IMG/VR virus record: IMGVR_UViG_3300022936_000191
Coordinates: 1-36,771 of that record
Strand: one strand, 5' to 3'
From: a virus
Taxonomy: Duplodnaviria > Caudoviricetes
DNA length: 36,771 nucleotides
The translations under genes were made by a program, and so were the position numbers. Each line of letters begins with the position of its first letter. Positions within the stretch are counted from its first letter, which is position 1. A model generated the notes under the pieces. That model was given only the letters and a program-made list of their open reading frames with translations, did not search any database and was not told the origin of the DNA. This document shows, in pieces, positions 1 to 9,416 of this stretch.

Positions 1-1761
1 ATGAGTATAGTTAAAGTTATATGGAAAAGCAAAACGAAAGATGATAAGTTAGGTTACATACGTTTATCATCCCGAAGTGGAAACAAAACTACGGTAAAAA
101 GTTTAGCACTTGACCCTGTAGAGAAAAAACATTTCAATGCTAATACTCAAAGAATGCGTGCATCATTCTCACAAAGTGAGTACTATAATAATTTCATTCA
201 ATCAAAATTAGATGAAGTTAACAAGAAAGGTAATACTATCAAATACCTGAATGATGATAAGAAATCATTGATTGTCTTTATGAATAAGATTATAGATAAA
301 TGTGAAAATGAGGGTACAAAGATGAAGTATGAAAATATTAGAAATCTTATTATTCTTTTCAATGAATTTAAATATGGTGCGAGTGATGTAAAATTTTCTG
401 AACTGACTGTTGACTTTTTAGAAGAATTTAAAAAGTACCTTAAGATTGAAAGAAGGAATAAGAATAATAGTATTGTATATAAAATGAAATCTTTTAAATC
501 TTTCATTTCAAAAGCACATAGAGAAAAGGTTTATAATTTTGATGTTAACCCTTTTGACTTAATAAAAAGCGAATTGATAGAAACAAATGTTGATGTTCTT
601 AACAAAGAAGATTTAAAGAAACTGATGCACACACCGTTGGTTGAAGTTTATAGAAGCGGTAAAAAGTTTGGTCAACCATTGCCTAATCTAGATGTTTTAA
701 ATGGTATCAAGTATGCTAACTACAATAAGATAGATGATATTAGAAACTTCTTTTTATTCCAGTTATTTTGTCAGGGTATAAGGGTATCTGATTTGCTCAC
801 GTTAAGATGGAATGATTTCTATATACATCAAGACCAAATCAGGATTAAGAAGCGTATGGTTAAAGTTAAATCTTATATTGATGTATTGATGAATTTTAAT
901 ACAATGGAGTATTTGAAAAACTACATACCAGTTAAACAATTACCTGAACATCTTCTAAAATCTTATTCTGAAATGTGGTACAAAACTATTGGTCACGCAC
1001 GATTATCTGTTAATGGTCAAAAGTATGAAGATATTAATACTGCTAAGGTACTTGTAGAAATCGATGATATTGTTATTCAGAATTTCAATCTTAGTTTTAA
1101 ACCTTTTAATGGAGAATATTTTACATCAGTAAATGAATTAAATAAAATAATTGATGCAAGAAAGAAAGAACTTATTAAGAAGATAAAGAAAACTGATGCA
1201 GTTATCTATGAGCAGAAAATTACAGAAATTTATACATCAGATGAAAAGATAAACTATTTAGAGAAACTTAGTTTGATAGTTAAGAGCAAAGCAATCTTAA
1301 ACAATTCTATAATGGATGAAGCAAGTGATGATGTGAAATTGGTAAATTATAAACTGTTTAAAGGTATTGTAGAATTTTTATCTTCAAGTAAAGAAACTAA
1401 AAATTCATTTGTATTTCCATTATTAAAAGATGGTGATTTTGCTGATATAATTGATGATGATTTTTCATCAATGAATAAGTATCAATATAATAGTTTTACT
1501 GGTACACGCGCTTATTATAACCGATTACTAAAGGTAGTAGCATTACAGTGTAAAATATCTAAACCACTTACATCACACGTATCACGACATTCATTCACTT
1601 CACTAATGATTGAAATAGGGGTAAACCTCAATCTGTTTGATTTAATGACCTCTTTGGGACATAAGCATCTTAATACTACCCAGGTCTATATCAATAAATT
1701 CAGCAGCAAACGTGTTGATAGTTTGAATAAAGACTTGGTAGATTTTATGAACAAAGACTAA
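1..1761 (+). CDS. int: Tyrosine recombinase / phage integrase (Bacteroidota type: arm-binding N-terminus, SAM-like domain, catalytic domain with large insertion)
   Basis: Catalytic residues GIRVSDL (R), SHVSRHSF (HxxR), LGH...TTQVY (H, Y); SAM-like KFSELTVDFLEEFKKYL. Confidence 0.95.
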   Translation: MSIVKVIWKSKTKDDKLGYIRLSSRSGNKTTVKSLALDPVEKKHFNANTQRMRASFSQSEYYNNFIQSKLDEVNKKGNTIKYLNDDKKSLIVFMNKIIDKCENEGTKMKYENIRNLIILFNEFKYGASDVKFSELTVDFLEEFKKYLKIERRNKNNSIVYKMKSFKSFISKAHREKVYNFDVNPFDLIKSELIETNVDVLNKEDLKKLMHTPLVEVYRSGKKFGQPLPNLDVLNGIKYANYNKIDDIRNFFLFQLFCQGIRVSDLLTLRWNDFYIHQDQIRIKKRMVKVKSYIDVLMNFNTMEYLKNYIPVKQLPEHLLKSYSEMWYKTIGHARLSVNGQKYEDINTAKVLVEIDDIVIQNFNLSFKPFNGEYFTSVNELNKIIDARKKELIKKIKKTDAVIYEQKITEIYTSDEKINYLEKLSLIVKSKAILNNSIMDEASDDVKLVNYKLFKGIVEFLSSSKETKNSFVFPLLKDGDFADIIDDDFSSMNKYQYNSFTGTRAYYNRLLKVVALQCKISKPLTSHVSRHSFTSLMIEIGVNLNLFDLMTSLGHKHLNTTQVYINKFSSKRVDSLNKDLVDFMNKD

Positions 1762-1912
1762 ATTACAGTATTTTCTAAAACATAATTTCTATTCTTTTAA
1801 ACTTATCGGAATAATTAGGTATAAGTCTAAAGTGGTTAGGTGGTTCAAATCGGATTCCTTAACCTTGCTTTAAACTTAACTAATTAATATATAACACTAA
1901 AGAATAGAAATT

Positions 1913-2260
1913 ATGAAAAAGATTGTACTTGCATTAGGAATGCTTTTAATGCTTAGTTGTTCAACTGATGATGCTGAAACAGTCACAAATCACCAATCAG
2001 ATTATGAAAACCCATCTACACCATCTACACCAATTCAACCTAATGAATGTAAAGTTAGTTATCGATTGCTTAAGATTACAAGACGTTATGCTTACAATGA
2101 TACAATATCTGACGTTACTACAATTTATGATAATTTGAGATATGCACCATATCGTTTGGATGGGTTCGGTTACGTTACTGAATTAAATTGTGGTGAAAAA
2201 AGGACTGAGGAAGTTATTAGCGATTATAAATATATCTTGATAAGAAAAACTATCTTGTAA
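1913..2260 (+). CDS. Lipoprotein, probable moron (possible superinfection exclusion)
   Basis: MKK + hydrophobic stretch + lipobox LMLS-C followed by acidic STDDAE (like the Bacteroidetes lipoprotein export signal); oriented against the late operon. Confidence 0.8.
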   Translation: MKKIVLALGMLLMLSCSTDDAETVTNHQSDYENPSTPSTPIQPNECKVSYRLLKITRRYAYNDTISDVTTIYDNLRYAPYRLDGFGYVTELNCGEKRTEEVISDYKYILIRKTIL

Positions 2261-2288
2261 CATATTTTCAACACAGTATTACGAACCA

Positions 2289-2537
2289 CTACTTTAAGTG
2301 GTTTTTTTTTGGATGTAACTTTCGAGAATCTATTTCATCACGTAATACAATTGCGTAATCATACATTTCTAAATGCACATAGTAGTACATCATATTTTCA
2401 AATAAAATATCTGTATCAGTAGAAAATGTTTCTTGTTTAAGAAGTACTGAAAGTTCCCACGGTTTAATAGTCTTTGCTAAATCTTCAATGTTAAGAGTTG
2501 ACCAATTGATTTTATCTTTCATTTTATTCATCTTCAT
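2289..2537 (-). CDS. Small protein with UVR (UvrB/C)-like coiled motif
   Basis: C-terminal LEMYDYAIVLRDEI resembles the UVR consensus ExYExAxxLRDxI; last gene of the late operon. Confidence 0.6.
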   Translation of the reverse strand: MKMNKMKDKINWSTLNIEDLAKTIKPWELSVLLKQETFSTDTDILFENMMYYYVHLEMYDYAIVLRDEIDSRKLHPKKNHLK

Positions 2538-2715
2538 TTTTCTTGATTCCTATTAGAGAATCTTTGCTTCTTAAGAAAAGCAGTGCTGCTGCTAACCACC
2601 CTGATAAATCAGCAGGTGATGCTTTACCTTCATACATCAACAAACCACAAAAGATTAGTATCATTACCCCGATTACAGTTGTAACCAACCCCTGTATAAA
2701 TATTCTATTGTTCAT
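2524..2715 (-). CDS. Putative holin (2 TM segments)
   Basis: 63 aa, two hydrophobic segments, charged C-terminus, located after the fibre genes. Confidence 0.6.
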   Translation of the reverse strand: MNNRIFIQGLVTTVIGVMILIFCGLLMYEGKASPADLSGWLAAALLFLRSKDSLIGIKKNEDE

Positions 2716-2990
2716 TCGTTAATATCTTTTTTTCTCGCTAATTCGTGCGTTAGGTGTTTTATCTCGCTGGTTAAATCTTTTACTGCGGTATATAGTTTAT
2801 TAAAATTATCGGTAAGATGCTGATGATTATTTTCTACAATTGCTAGTTTAGTTTTAGTTTCAGTTGACATAATTTTTACAGATTTTAAATCTTCCATTGT
2901 TGCTTTTAGAAAGTGACCAATGATAGAAATAACAATACCAATTAGCACCGTTGAAAAAATACTAATGATTGCTACAACATTAATTTCCAT
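2712..2990 (-). CDS. Membrane-anchored coiled-coil protein, lysis-cassette (holin/XhlA-like) candidate
   Basis: N-terminal TM followed by coiled coil; overlaps the downstream holin-like gene by 4 nt. Confidence 0.55.
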   Translation of the reverse strand: MEINVVAIISIFSTVLIGIVISIIGHFLKATMEDLKSVKIMSTETKTKLAIVENNHQHLTDNFNKLYTAVKDLTSEIKHLTHELARKKDINE

Positions 2991-3005
2991 TTTTTAGTTT
3001 CATTT

Positions 3006-3296
3006 TTATTCAAAGGATGGATTAGAAAACCAGTCATTTGATAGTTCGGTAACACACCTTGCAAGTTCTTGCTGTGTGAAAAATATTTCATAATTATAAC
3101 CCTTGGTGGGTATTCCTTGGTAGTAAACAGGTTCTATTATGTATATTGGAATTGCTGCTTTATCTTCTGTAGGATGGTAAATTATTTCTGCATAAGTATC
3201 ACCATCAGTTATGAAATTTGCATCAGTTGCATCTTCATTTATTTGCGTGTATCTTATTTCTGCTTTTGCTGCGGTATCGTAGATTATATATTTCAT
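3006..3296 (-). CDS. Small phage protein, possible tail-fibre-associated chaperone
   Basis: Coupled to the upstream gene (TAATG); position after fibre genes; ends LSNDWF. Confidence 0.55.
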   Translation of the reverse strand: MKYIIYDTAAKAEIRYTQINEDATDANFITDGDTYAEIIYHPTEDKAAIPIYIIEPVYYQGIPTKGYNYEIFFTQQELARCVTELSNDWFSNPSFE

Positions 3297-4096
3297 TAAG
3301 ATATATATAAATTTGGGTATCGCAGGTTAATATATTCTGTATGTAGTCGGTAATGTTCATCAAGTATTCGCGCTTCTGTTTTTCCAGTATTATCTATGAA
3401 TATCATTTCATACATAAAAATTGATGCACTTGGTAAATATGCAAATGCGTTACCAGATACATAACTGGGTGTAGAAGTATATGGTGAACTTAAAACCAAT
3501 TCATTATTAAAATACGATTGAAAAGGGTTTGTTACACCGTTGTTATAACCGTAATTTATTGTTGAAAATACTGTACCAGCATTTGCACCTAACGTTGGTA
3601 TATTTTGTTGACTGTTAACTATTAGGTTATTATTATCACGAATTTGCCAAACTAGTCTTGGTACCCCGCTAACCACTTGTAATAATAATGTAACTGTATT
3701 TAAAGCAGTTTGTGGGTTAGACCTGATTATGTTTTGTGATGATAATAAATTATTTGCTTTCATCACTACGATAACAGTATTAGGTCTACCATCAACTAAT
3801 ACTTTAAACAAATCACCATCAGTAACTAAGGGATTACCAGAAGTACCCGCAAGTTTAATACCTAACCCATTACTTGTATTAAATAAATTACCACTGCTGT
3901 TAACGGGAACTCCTGCAGTTGTTCTTGCTTCAAAATGATTACCATTTCCTGATAAATCATTCCAACTTTTAACATAACTACCTGCACCAAACGTTATACC
4001 ATCAGTTGCACGATACCACGCATAAAGTCCAGTAAAATCTGGGGGTGTTAACCCACCGTATTTTGCACCCGTTAAAGTTCCACCTTGAAAATACAT
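3296..4096 (-). CDS. LamG/concanavalin A-like domain tail protein (possible receptor binding)
   Basis: LYAWYRA...VKSWNDLSGNGNH motif typical of LamG-like jelly-roll phage proteins. Confidence 0.7.
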   Translation of the reverse strand: MYFQGGTLTGAKYGGLTPPDFTGLYAWYRATDGITFGAGSYVKSWNDLSGNGNHFEARTTAGVPVNSSGNLFNTSNGLGIKLAGTSGNPLVTDGDLFKVLVDGRPNTVIVVMKANNLLSSQNIIRSNPQTALNTVTLLLQVVSGVPRLVWQIRDNNNLIVNSQQNIPTLGANAGTVFSTINYGYNNGVTNPFQSYFNNELVLSSPYTSTPSYVSGNAFAYLPSASIFMYEMIFIDNTGKTEARILDEHYRLHTEYINLRYPNLYIS

Positions 4097-7000
4097 TTAG
4101 TTAATAGAATATTTTATCTCGGTAAATGCTCCCGTGTATGCTGTAGTATCGGTAGGTGCAGGTGTGAAATAAAAGTAGATACTGTTATTACCTGATTGTT
4201 TTACACCTGTAGTAAATCCAGTGATAGAAGTATGATTGCTTAATATCTCTGTAGTAGATGTAATTGTAATTACACCACCAACTCTTTTTGCTGTTGCTTT
4301 AATTTTAGCAGCAATTAATTGTCCTGCGGTTGCATTCTTAACTATAACACTTGCATCTATCAATGCAATGGTTGTATCTACTGTAAAAGGAATAGACATT
4401 GTAGCACCAAATGAATCACGACCTGAAACTTCAACACCACCACCCGCTGTAGTTACTGATGCTTGTCTTTTGGTTACTGGATAGAATATTGATTCATCAT
4501 AAATTTCACGCTGCTTTAATATTACAGATGTATTACCTGCAATACTTTTAAACGTCATATAAACTACACCCGCTTTATCTCTAAATGATAATGCATCTTC
4601 CTGACCACTGTTAAATACAATGTTAGATTGTCCGGATGCTATATTGTTTTGTACTGCTAACTGGAATATATTACTAACAACATTTAGATTTCCTGAACTT
4701 GCTGTTGACCCAATTACAACTTCCCTAAGCGGTGCATTCCAAGATAGATTGGAATCAGTGCTTAGTACACCAGTAGTAGATACAAGTGGTATTCTAATAC
4801 CTGTACCTGCTAATGTTGTATTAGCACCTGTATTAAGTTTTAGGTTAAATGCGTTCTGTATATCTGTTTGATTAGATAACGTTCCTGTAATAGCACCCCA
4901 CGATGCAGTACCTGAACCACCTGTTATTGGTAAAGTAATATTACCGAATACATCCGCAGTAAGGTTATTAACGCTTATTACAGCGCGTCCCGTTGCGTTA
5001 GGTAGACTAAATACTTTATCTGAACCCGTAACATCATAATTTACAATAGTGCTAAAAGAACCACTTGGAGACGTTTTAATTTTAAGACCTTCACCACCTG
5101 TTAAAATTGAGGTACGTCCATCAGGAACTGTAGTTTGAACATTTCCGGAACTGATTGTTGTTACAATACCTGATGCACCAATTACAATTGGAGTTGATGC
5201 AGTATTATTAACTGAAAGTATTGCTTGTAATGATGATGCTGTTGAACTACCTGATGATATTGGAGAACCATTAAATGTTAATGATGTACCAGTAATATTT
5301 ACATTACCATCTGCATTTTTATAGAATGCTTTATTACCCTGACCATCGGCTATTATTACTAAATTAGATTGTGATATTTCAGTAATGTTCAATTCAACAT
5401 CACCACCGATTATAGTGTTATAAGAACCAGTTGTAACATTGGTGGTAAATAAAAGTGACGTAGAAAATCCAATCCAAGTATTACCACTACCAGTAGTTGA
5501 ATTTTGCATCAATCTTGTACCAAGTATAGTATTATAATCAGTTTGTGTTGTACTTGCTAATGTTTGATAACCGATAGATACATTGTGTTGACCACTAATA
5601 CTATTTTGCATAGCAGCGCGACCAATAGCAACATTTCTTAATCCTGTTGTATTAGCAAACATTGTGTTGTAACCGATAGCAACATTACTATCAGATATAT
5701 TATTTTTTAATGTTTGATATCCTATAGCGACATTTGCTAAACCAATTATATTAGTTGTTAAAGAATCATAACCAAATGATGTATTACCGCTACCAGTTGT
5801 ATTAGATATTAAAGACCTAGTACCAAATGCTGTATTAGTAAGTATTCCACCACCACCGCGATTAGTAACTGACATTTTACCATCTTCATCTTTAGTAACA
5901 AATAAACTTCTGTTATCTGTAGAATAAGTAGTATCTGAATACACCCCAAAAATTGTACTGATTTGACCCGCAGCAGGTAATAAATCGCTAGCAAAATATG
6001 CCTGACCTGCATACAATAATTTTTCTCCAAGATTTAGATTTTGTGTTGCTCCATTATATGGAACTGACATTGTAAAAGTTGCAAGTGTACCGTTACCAGT
6101 AACATATTGTGAAGTAGAACCAGTAGGAATATTGAACTTTAAATTTAAAGCATTTTGTAAATCATTTTGATTACTTAAAAGACCCGTAATATTACCCCAA
6201 GATGTAACACTTGATGTACTACCTGAACCACCAGTTAAACCAGCGATTGCAGTTCTTACATATGCAGTAGTAGCAATTTGAGTAGTATTGTTTCCTGCAA
6301 CTGCGGTTGGTGCAGTAGGTATACCAGTTAATGCAGGTGAAGCAAGATTTGCTTTTAAATCGGTTATAGATGCAACATATTCCTTAGTTGTAAGAGTTTT
6401 TACATCACCTGCAATAATTAAAGCATTAGTAATAGTTGGTGCAGTTACAACACCGTTTTTATAAACTCTAAAACCATCTTTTCTAGATGCTGTTGCAGTA
6501 CCTATACCGACCCTGAAAATGCTATCTGTTAATACAAATGTTGTAGCATTACCAGTAATAATATTTGGATATGTTCCAATGATTGTTTCATAAACTGTAC
6601 TGGTAATAATATTGTTTCCTATAGCAGTTGTAGTAGAACCATTTGTTTGATTACCATTACCGATAATAGTAGAATATCGAGAGTTTATTGTATTGATTAT
6701 TCCACTTAAAATGCTAGAGCCCTCACAACCTCCATTTATTTTATTAGTATATCCACCTAATATAGTTGAATAATCTGCTAATAATAAATTATTACTTCCA
6801 CCAATTATACTTGCATCTGATGGAACAAATTCAGAACTACCTATTGTGTTTTGAAAACCACCTAAAATGGAATTATTTGAACCTAGTAGAAATAGAGATA
6901 TATTTGATATTATTTTATTACCATTTCCACTTATAAAACCCTGATTAGAGTTAGCACTATTATTATTTCCAGTAACAAAATTTTGACTGAATGTAGCGTA

Positions 7001-8410
7001 ACAATAATTACCATAAATGAAATTTGTGTAACCACTAGAACCTGAATTATAACCACCAACAAAACTACCATTACCTTCTGCACCACGTAAAGAACCTGAT
7101 GTTCTATCACTTTTAGAAATATCTACAGAATTTTCACCAATTTCACCGTACATATTCGGATCTGCTCCAACTAATCTATACCCATCACCAACACGTTCTA
7201 AACCACTTGGACGCGGTAAAGAATCAACTTTTGTATCAACATAACCTTTATCAACTAAAGACCTGTCAGTATAATTATTAGAATAATCAGCACTATATTT
7301 AAAATCACATCCTTCTATAAGTCCGGAGAATCCATTAAATTTAAAATTACCAGCCAAATAAATATCTTGAGCACCTAAATAAATATCTTGAAATGTTTGT
7401 ATCTGTACAGTACGGTCTAATTGTGCAGTACTACCAGTGTCTAAAACTGATTGTAAATTTTGTGCAGCAGCAGGAGGTGCCCCAGTTAACAATTGAAAAT
7501 CTGCGTGTACAGATTGTGATGCAGATACTCCATAAGTTCCAGCAGCACCAACCCACAAATAAGCGATGTTATTAAATGCAGTGCCGATACCTTTAAAGAT
7601 TGTATAACCTGCATTTTGTGCTTGAATTGCAATTGCAGGGGATTGATTGTTTAACCAATTGACAATACTTTGTGTGAGCATCCCGACTTGAATAGTAACA
7701 GTAGCAGGGTCATCTTCAACATCCCCAGTAACAGATGTACTTGAATACATTAACTCTATATTTGATAGTGTTAATTGTGTATAACCTGCACCGTAAGTAC
7801 CTTTACCTTTGTTAATCATTTTGTATTTAACAACAGCAGGTAATCTAGTTTCAGTAATCGGTTCATCTGCAAGTGAAAAAGTACCACCAGTATTTACTGG
7901 AACGCTTGGAAATGATGGAAATGTTGGAAATGTTGGAGTACGAACAATTCTTTCTGTACCAACAAACCACACACTTTGAGTATCTGTAATAGTATAATGA
8001 GCAAGGTTATTAATCTTTGCTAATATGGATGTATCAGATTCACCGCTTACATAAGTAAAGCGTTTCTTAATATCAATGTTATCTTGATGTTCAGATACAG
8101 ATGTAATAGAATCATTTAATTCTAATAAGGTATCATTAATATTATTTAAATCTTCATTATAAACTGTTGTAGTAACAAAAGTTGATAGTTGTGTTTGTAG
8201 ACCTGTAATATCAGATATTGAATGTGTATGACCGATTAAACTATAGTCATTAAATCGATTATAAACTTCCTGAAATAGAATATCCATTGCAGCAACAGTT
8301 GCATACATTGTTTGAATTTCAGTAAAGTTTTCATTGACCTTTCCGAACGCTTGGAATAGCGTGTCACCTAAATGACTATCTGCTGGTGAATACGGTATGT
8401 ATTGTAACAT
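4097..8410 (-). CDS. Long mosaic tail fibre / tailspike
   Basis: N-terminal GDTLFQAFGKVNENFTEI anchor motif; HTHSISDITGL fibre repeat; KANLASPALTGIPTAPT...TTQIATTAYV repeat; many NxAIG/GxxN beta-roll repeats. Confidence 0.88.
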   Translation of the reverse strand: MLQYIPYSPADSHLGDTLFQAFGKVNENFTEIQTMYATVAAMDILFQEVYNRFNDYSLIGHTHSISDITGLQTQLSTFVTTTVYNEDLNNINDTLLELNDSITSVSEHQDNIDIKKRFTYVSGESDTSILAKINNLAHYTITDTQSVWFVGTERIVRTPTFPTFPSFPSVPVNTGGTFSLADEPITETRLPAVVKYKMINKGKGTYGAGYTQLTLSNIELMYSSTSVTGDVEDDPATVTIQVGMLTQSIVNWLNNQSPAIAIQAQNAGYTIFKGIGTAFNNIAYLWVGAAGTYGVSASQSVHADFQLLTGAPPAAAQNLQSVLDTGSTAQLDRTVQIQTFQDIYLGAQDIYLAGNFKFNGFSGLIEGCDFKYSADYSNNYTDRSLVDKGYVDTKVDSLPRPSGLERVGDGYRLVGADPNMYGEIGENSVDISKSDRTSGSLRGAEGNGSFVGGYNSGSSGYTNFIYGNYCYATFSQNFVTGNNNSANSNQGFISGNGNKIISNISLFLLGSNNSILGGFQNTIGSSEFVPSDASIIGGSNNLLLADYSTILGGYTNKINGGCEGSSILSGIINTINSRYSTIIGNGNQTNGSTTTAIGNNIITSTVYETIIGTYPNIITGNATTFVLTDSIFRVGIGTATASRKDGFRVYKNGVVTAPTITNALIIAGDVKTLTTKEYVASITDLKANLASPALTGIPTAPTAVAGNNTTQIATTAYVRTAIAGLTGGSGSTSSVTSWGNITGLLSNQNDLQNALNLKFNIPTGSTSQYVTGNGTLATFTMSVPYNGATQNLNLGEKLLYAGQAYFASDLLPAAGQISTIFGVYSDTTYSTDNRSLFVTKDEDGKMSVTNRGGGGILTNTAFGTRSLISNTTGSGNTSFGYDSLTTNIIGLANVAIGYQTLKNNISDSNVAIGYNTMFANTTGLRNVAIGRAAMQNSISGQHNVSIGYQTLASTTQTDYNTILGTRLMQNSTTGSGNTWIGFSTSLLFTTNVTTGSYNTIIGGDVELNITEISQSNLVIIADGQGNKAFYKNADGNVNITGTSLTFNGSPISSGSSTASSLQAILSVNNTASTPIVIGASGIVTTISSGNVQTTVPDGRTSILTGGEGLKIKTSPSGSFSTIVNYDVTGSDKVFSLPNATGRAVISVNNLTADVFGNITLPITGGSGTASWGAITGTLSNQTDIQNAFNLKLNTGANTTLAGTGIRIPLVSTTGVLSTDSNLSWNAPLREVVIGSTASSGNLNVVSNIFQLAVQNNIASGQSNIVFNSGQEDALSFRDKAGVVYMTFKSIAGNTSVILKQREIYDESIFYPVTKRQASVTTAGGGVEVSGRDSFGATMSIPFTVDTTIALIDASVIVKNATAGQLIAAKIKATAKRVGGVITITSTTEILSNHTSITGFTTGVKQSGNNSIYFYFTPAPTDTTAYTGAFTEIKYSIN

Positions 8411-8426
8411 TCATATTATGTGATTT

Positions 8427-8825
8427 TTATTCTAATGGTGTATTAGTAGGTGCATTTTCTAATGCTAATATTCGGCTATTAAATTTTGAAATAGTGAGAT
8501 TGATTGATAAAAAGTTTCTGCTAACAGAATTATATAATTCACGCAATTCATTAATCTGACTTACTATTACATTTATACGATTATCAATCTCACTTTTATT
8601 AGAATCGATATTAGATTGTATAGTATTTAAATCAGTTATTAAACCACTAACAGAAGATTGATTGATTTCTAAATCATCATCAGATGAAATAAAATTTGCA
8701 TCATTTTCTAACTGTGATGTTTTTACAATTTGAATCGAATTATACAATTCATCAAACATATTATCAATTAAAATAAATGCTTGCGGTGTTGGTATACCTG
8801 TACCACTAATTACCTGTTTAGACAT
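8427..8825 (-). CDS. Short coiled-coil fibre/whisker-like structural protein
   Basis: AFILIDNMFDELY resembles the fibre anchor motif; KTSQLENDANFI fibre repeat; coiled coil ending RILALE. Confidence 0.65.
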   Translation of the reverse strand: MSKQVISGTGIPTPQAFILIDNMFDELYNSIQIVKTSQLENDANFISSDDDLEINQSSVSGLITDLNTIQSNIDSNKSEIDNRINVIVSQINELRELYNSVSRNFLSINLTISKFNSRILALENAPTNTPLE

Positions 8826-8931
8826 TCTTTTTTTCTTCTTTTTCTTGCTCTTTTACAAACTGTAAAAGTTTTATAACTGTTTCCTTTTTAACAGCATAGT
8901 TTACTTTGGTAACTTCCTTTTTTTCTTCCAT
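8818..8931 (-). CDS. Small 37-aa protein (not in ORF track): MEEKKEVTKVNYAVKKETVIKLLQFVKEQEKEEKKNV
   Basis: Fills the gap exactly; TAATG coupling with the upstream gene and overlap with the downstream gene. Confidence 0.65.
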   Translation of the reverse strand: MEEKKEVTKVNYAVKKETVIKLLQFVKEQEKEEKKNV

Positions 8932-9416
8932 TATAAAAACCATCCGAATTTAAAAGTGTTTGTATCAACACTACATCCCCTCGAATATTCAGGTAAATTT
9001 TTATCTTTCATAAATTCATAAAAATTGAGTTCGTAATTAGCACCCATTTCCCTGTAATATTTTGAAAGTCGGTCAACTTCTTTATAATCTGCAATTGCTG
9101 CACTATCTGTACTGTGTTTATAATTTCCTGCATTACCAACGATTATAGAATTATTCATTACAAAGTGTGATGCAGAATAAAACACAAGCATATAAGTAAC
9201 AAAGTCATTGTAGATGGTTAGATATTCATCTGATAGTGTATTAGAAGCGAAATCTGATAATATCTTTTCATAAAGCGGTGTAGATAGTATTCTTTTAATA
9301 TCTGTTACCTGAGCGCTCCAAATTGAGGGAGTTAATTTATCATCAGCAACATTACCACTAATTACAGTAAGTCGTTTCATCAGGTTTGAACCAGGTCTTA
9401 ACATCAAATCATCCAT
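8931..9416 (-). CDS. Putative head-tail connector/adaptor
   Basis: Directly downstream of and coupled to the portal; helical AQxxDIKxILxxxLYEKI pattern. Confidence 0.6.
   Translation of the reverse strand: MDDLMLRPGSNLMKRLTVISGNVADDKLTPSIWSAQVTDIKRILSTPLYEKILSDFASNTLSDEYLTIYNDFVTYMLVFYSASHFVMNNSIIVGNAGNYKHSTDSAAIADYKEVDRLSKYYREMGANYELNFYEFMKDKNLPEYSRGCSVDTNTFKFGWFL

Noticed and set aside
1829-1872. ggttcaaatc resembling a tRNA T-loop or att remnant after the integrase
   Set aside because: No T-stem pairing, cloverleaf or CCA end; at most a weak hairpin, and integration is explained by comM.
3296-8410. Diversity-generating retroelement or fibre shufflon
   Set aside because: No reverse transcriptase, no TR/VR pair differing at adenines, and no inverted alternative fibre ends seen.
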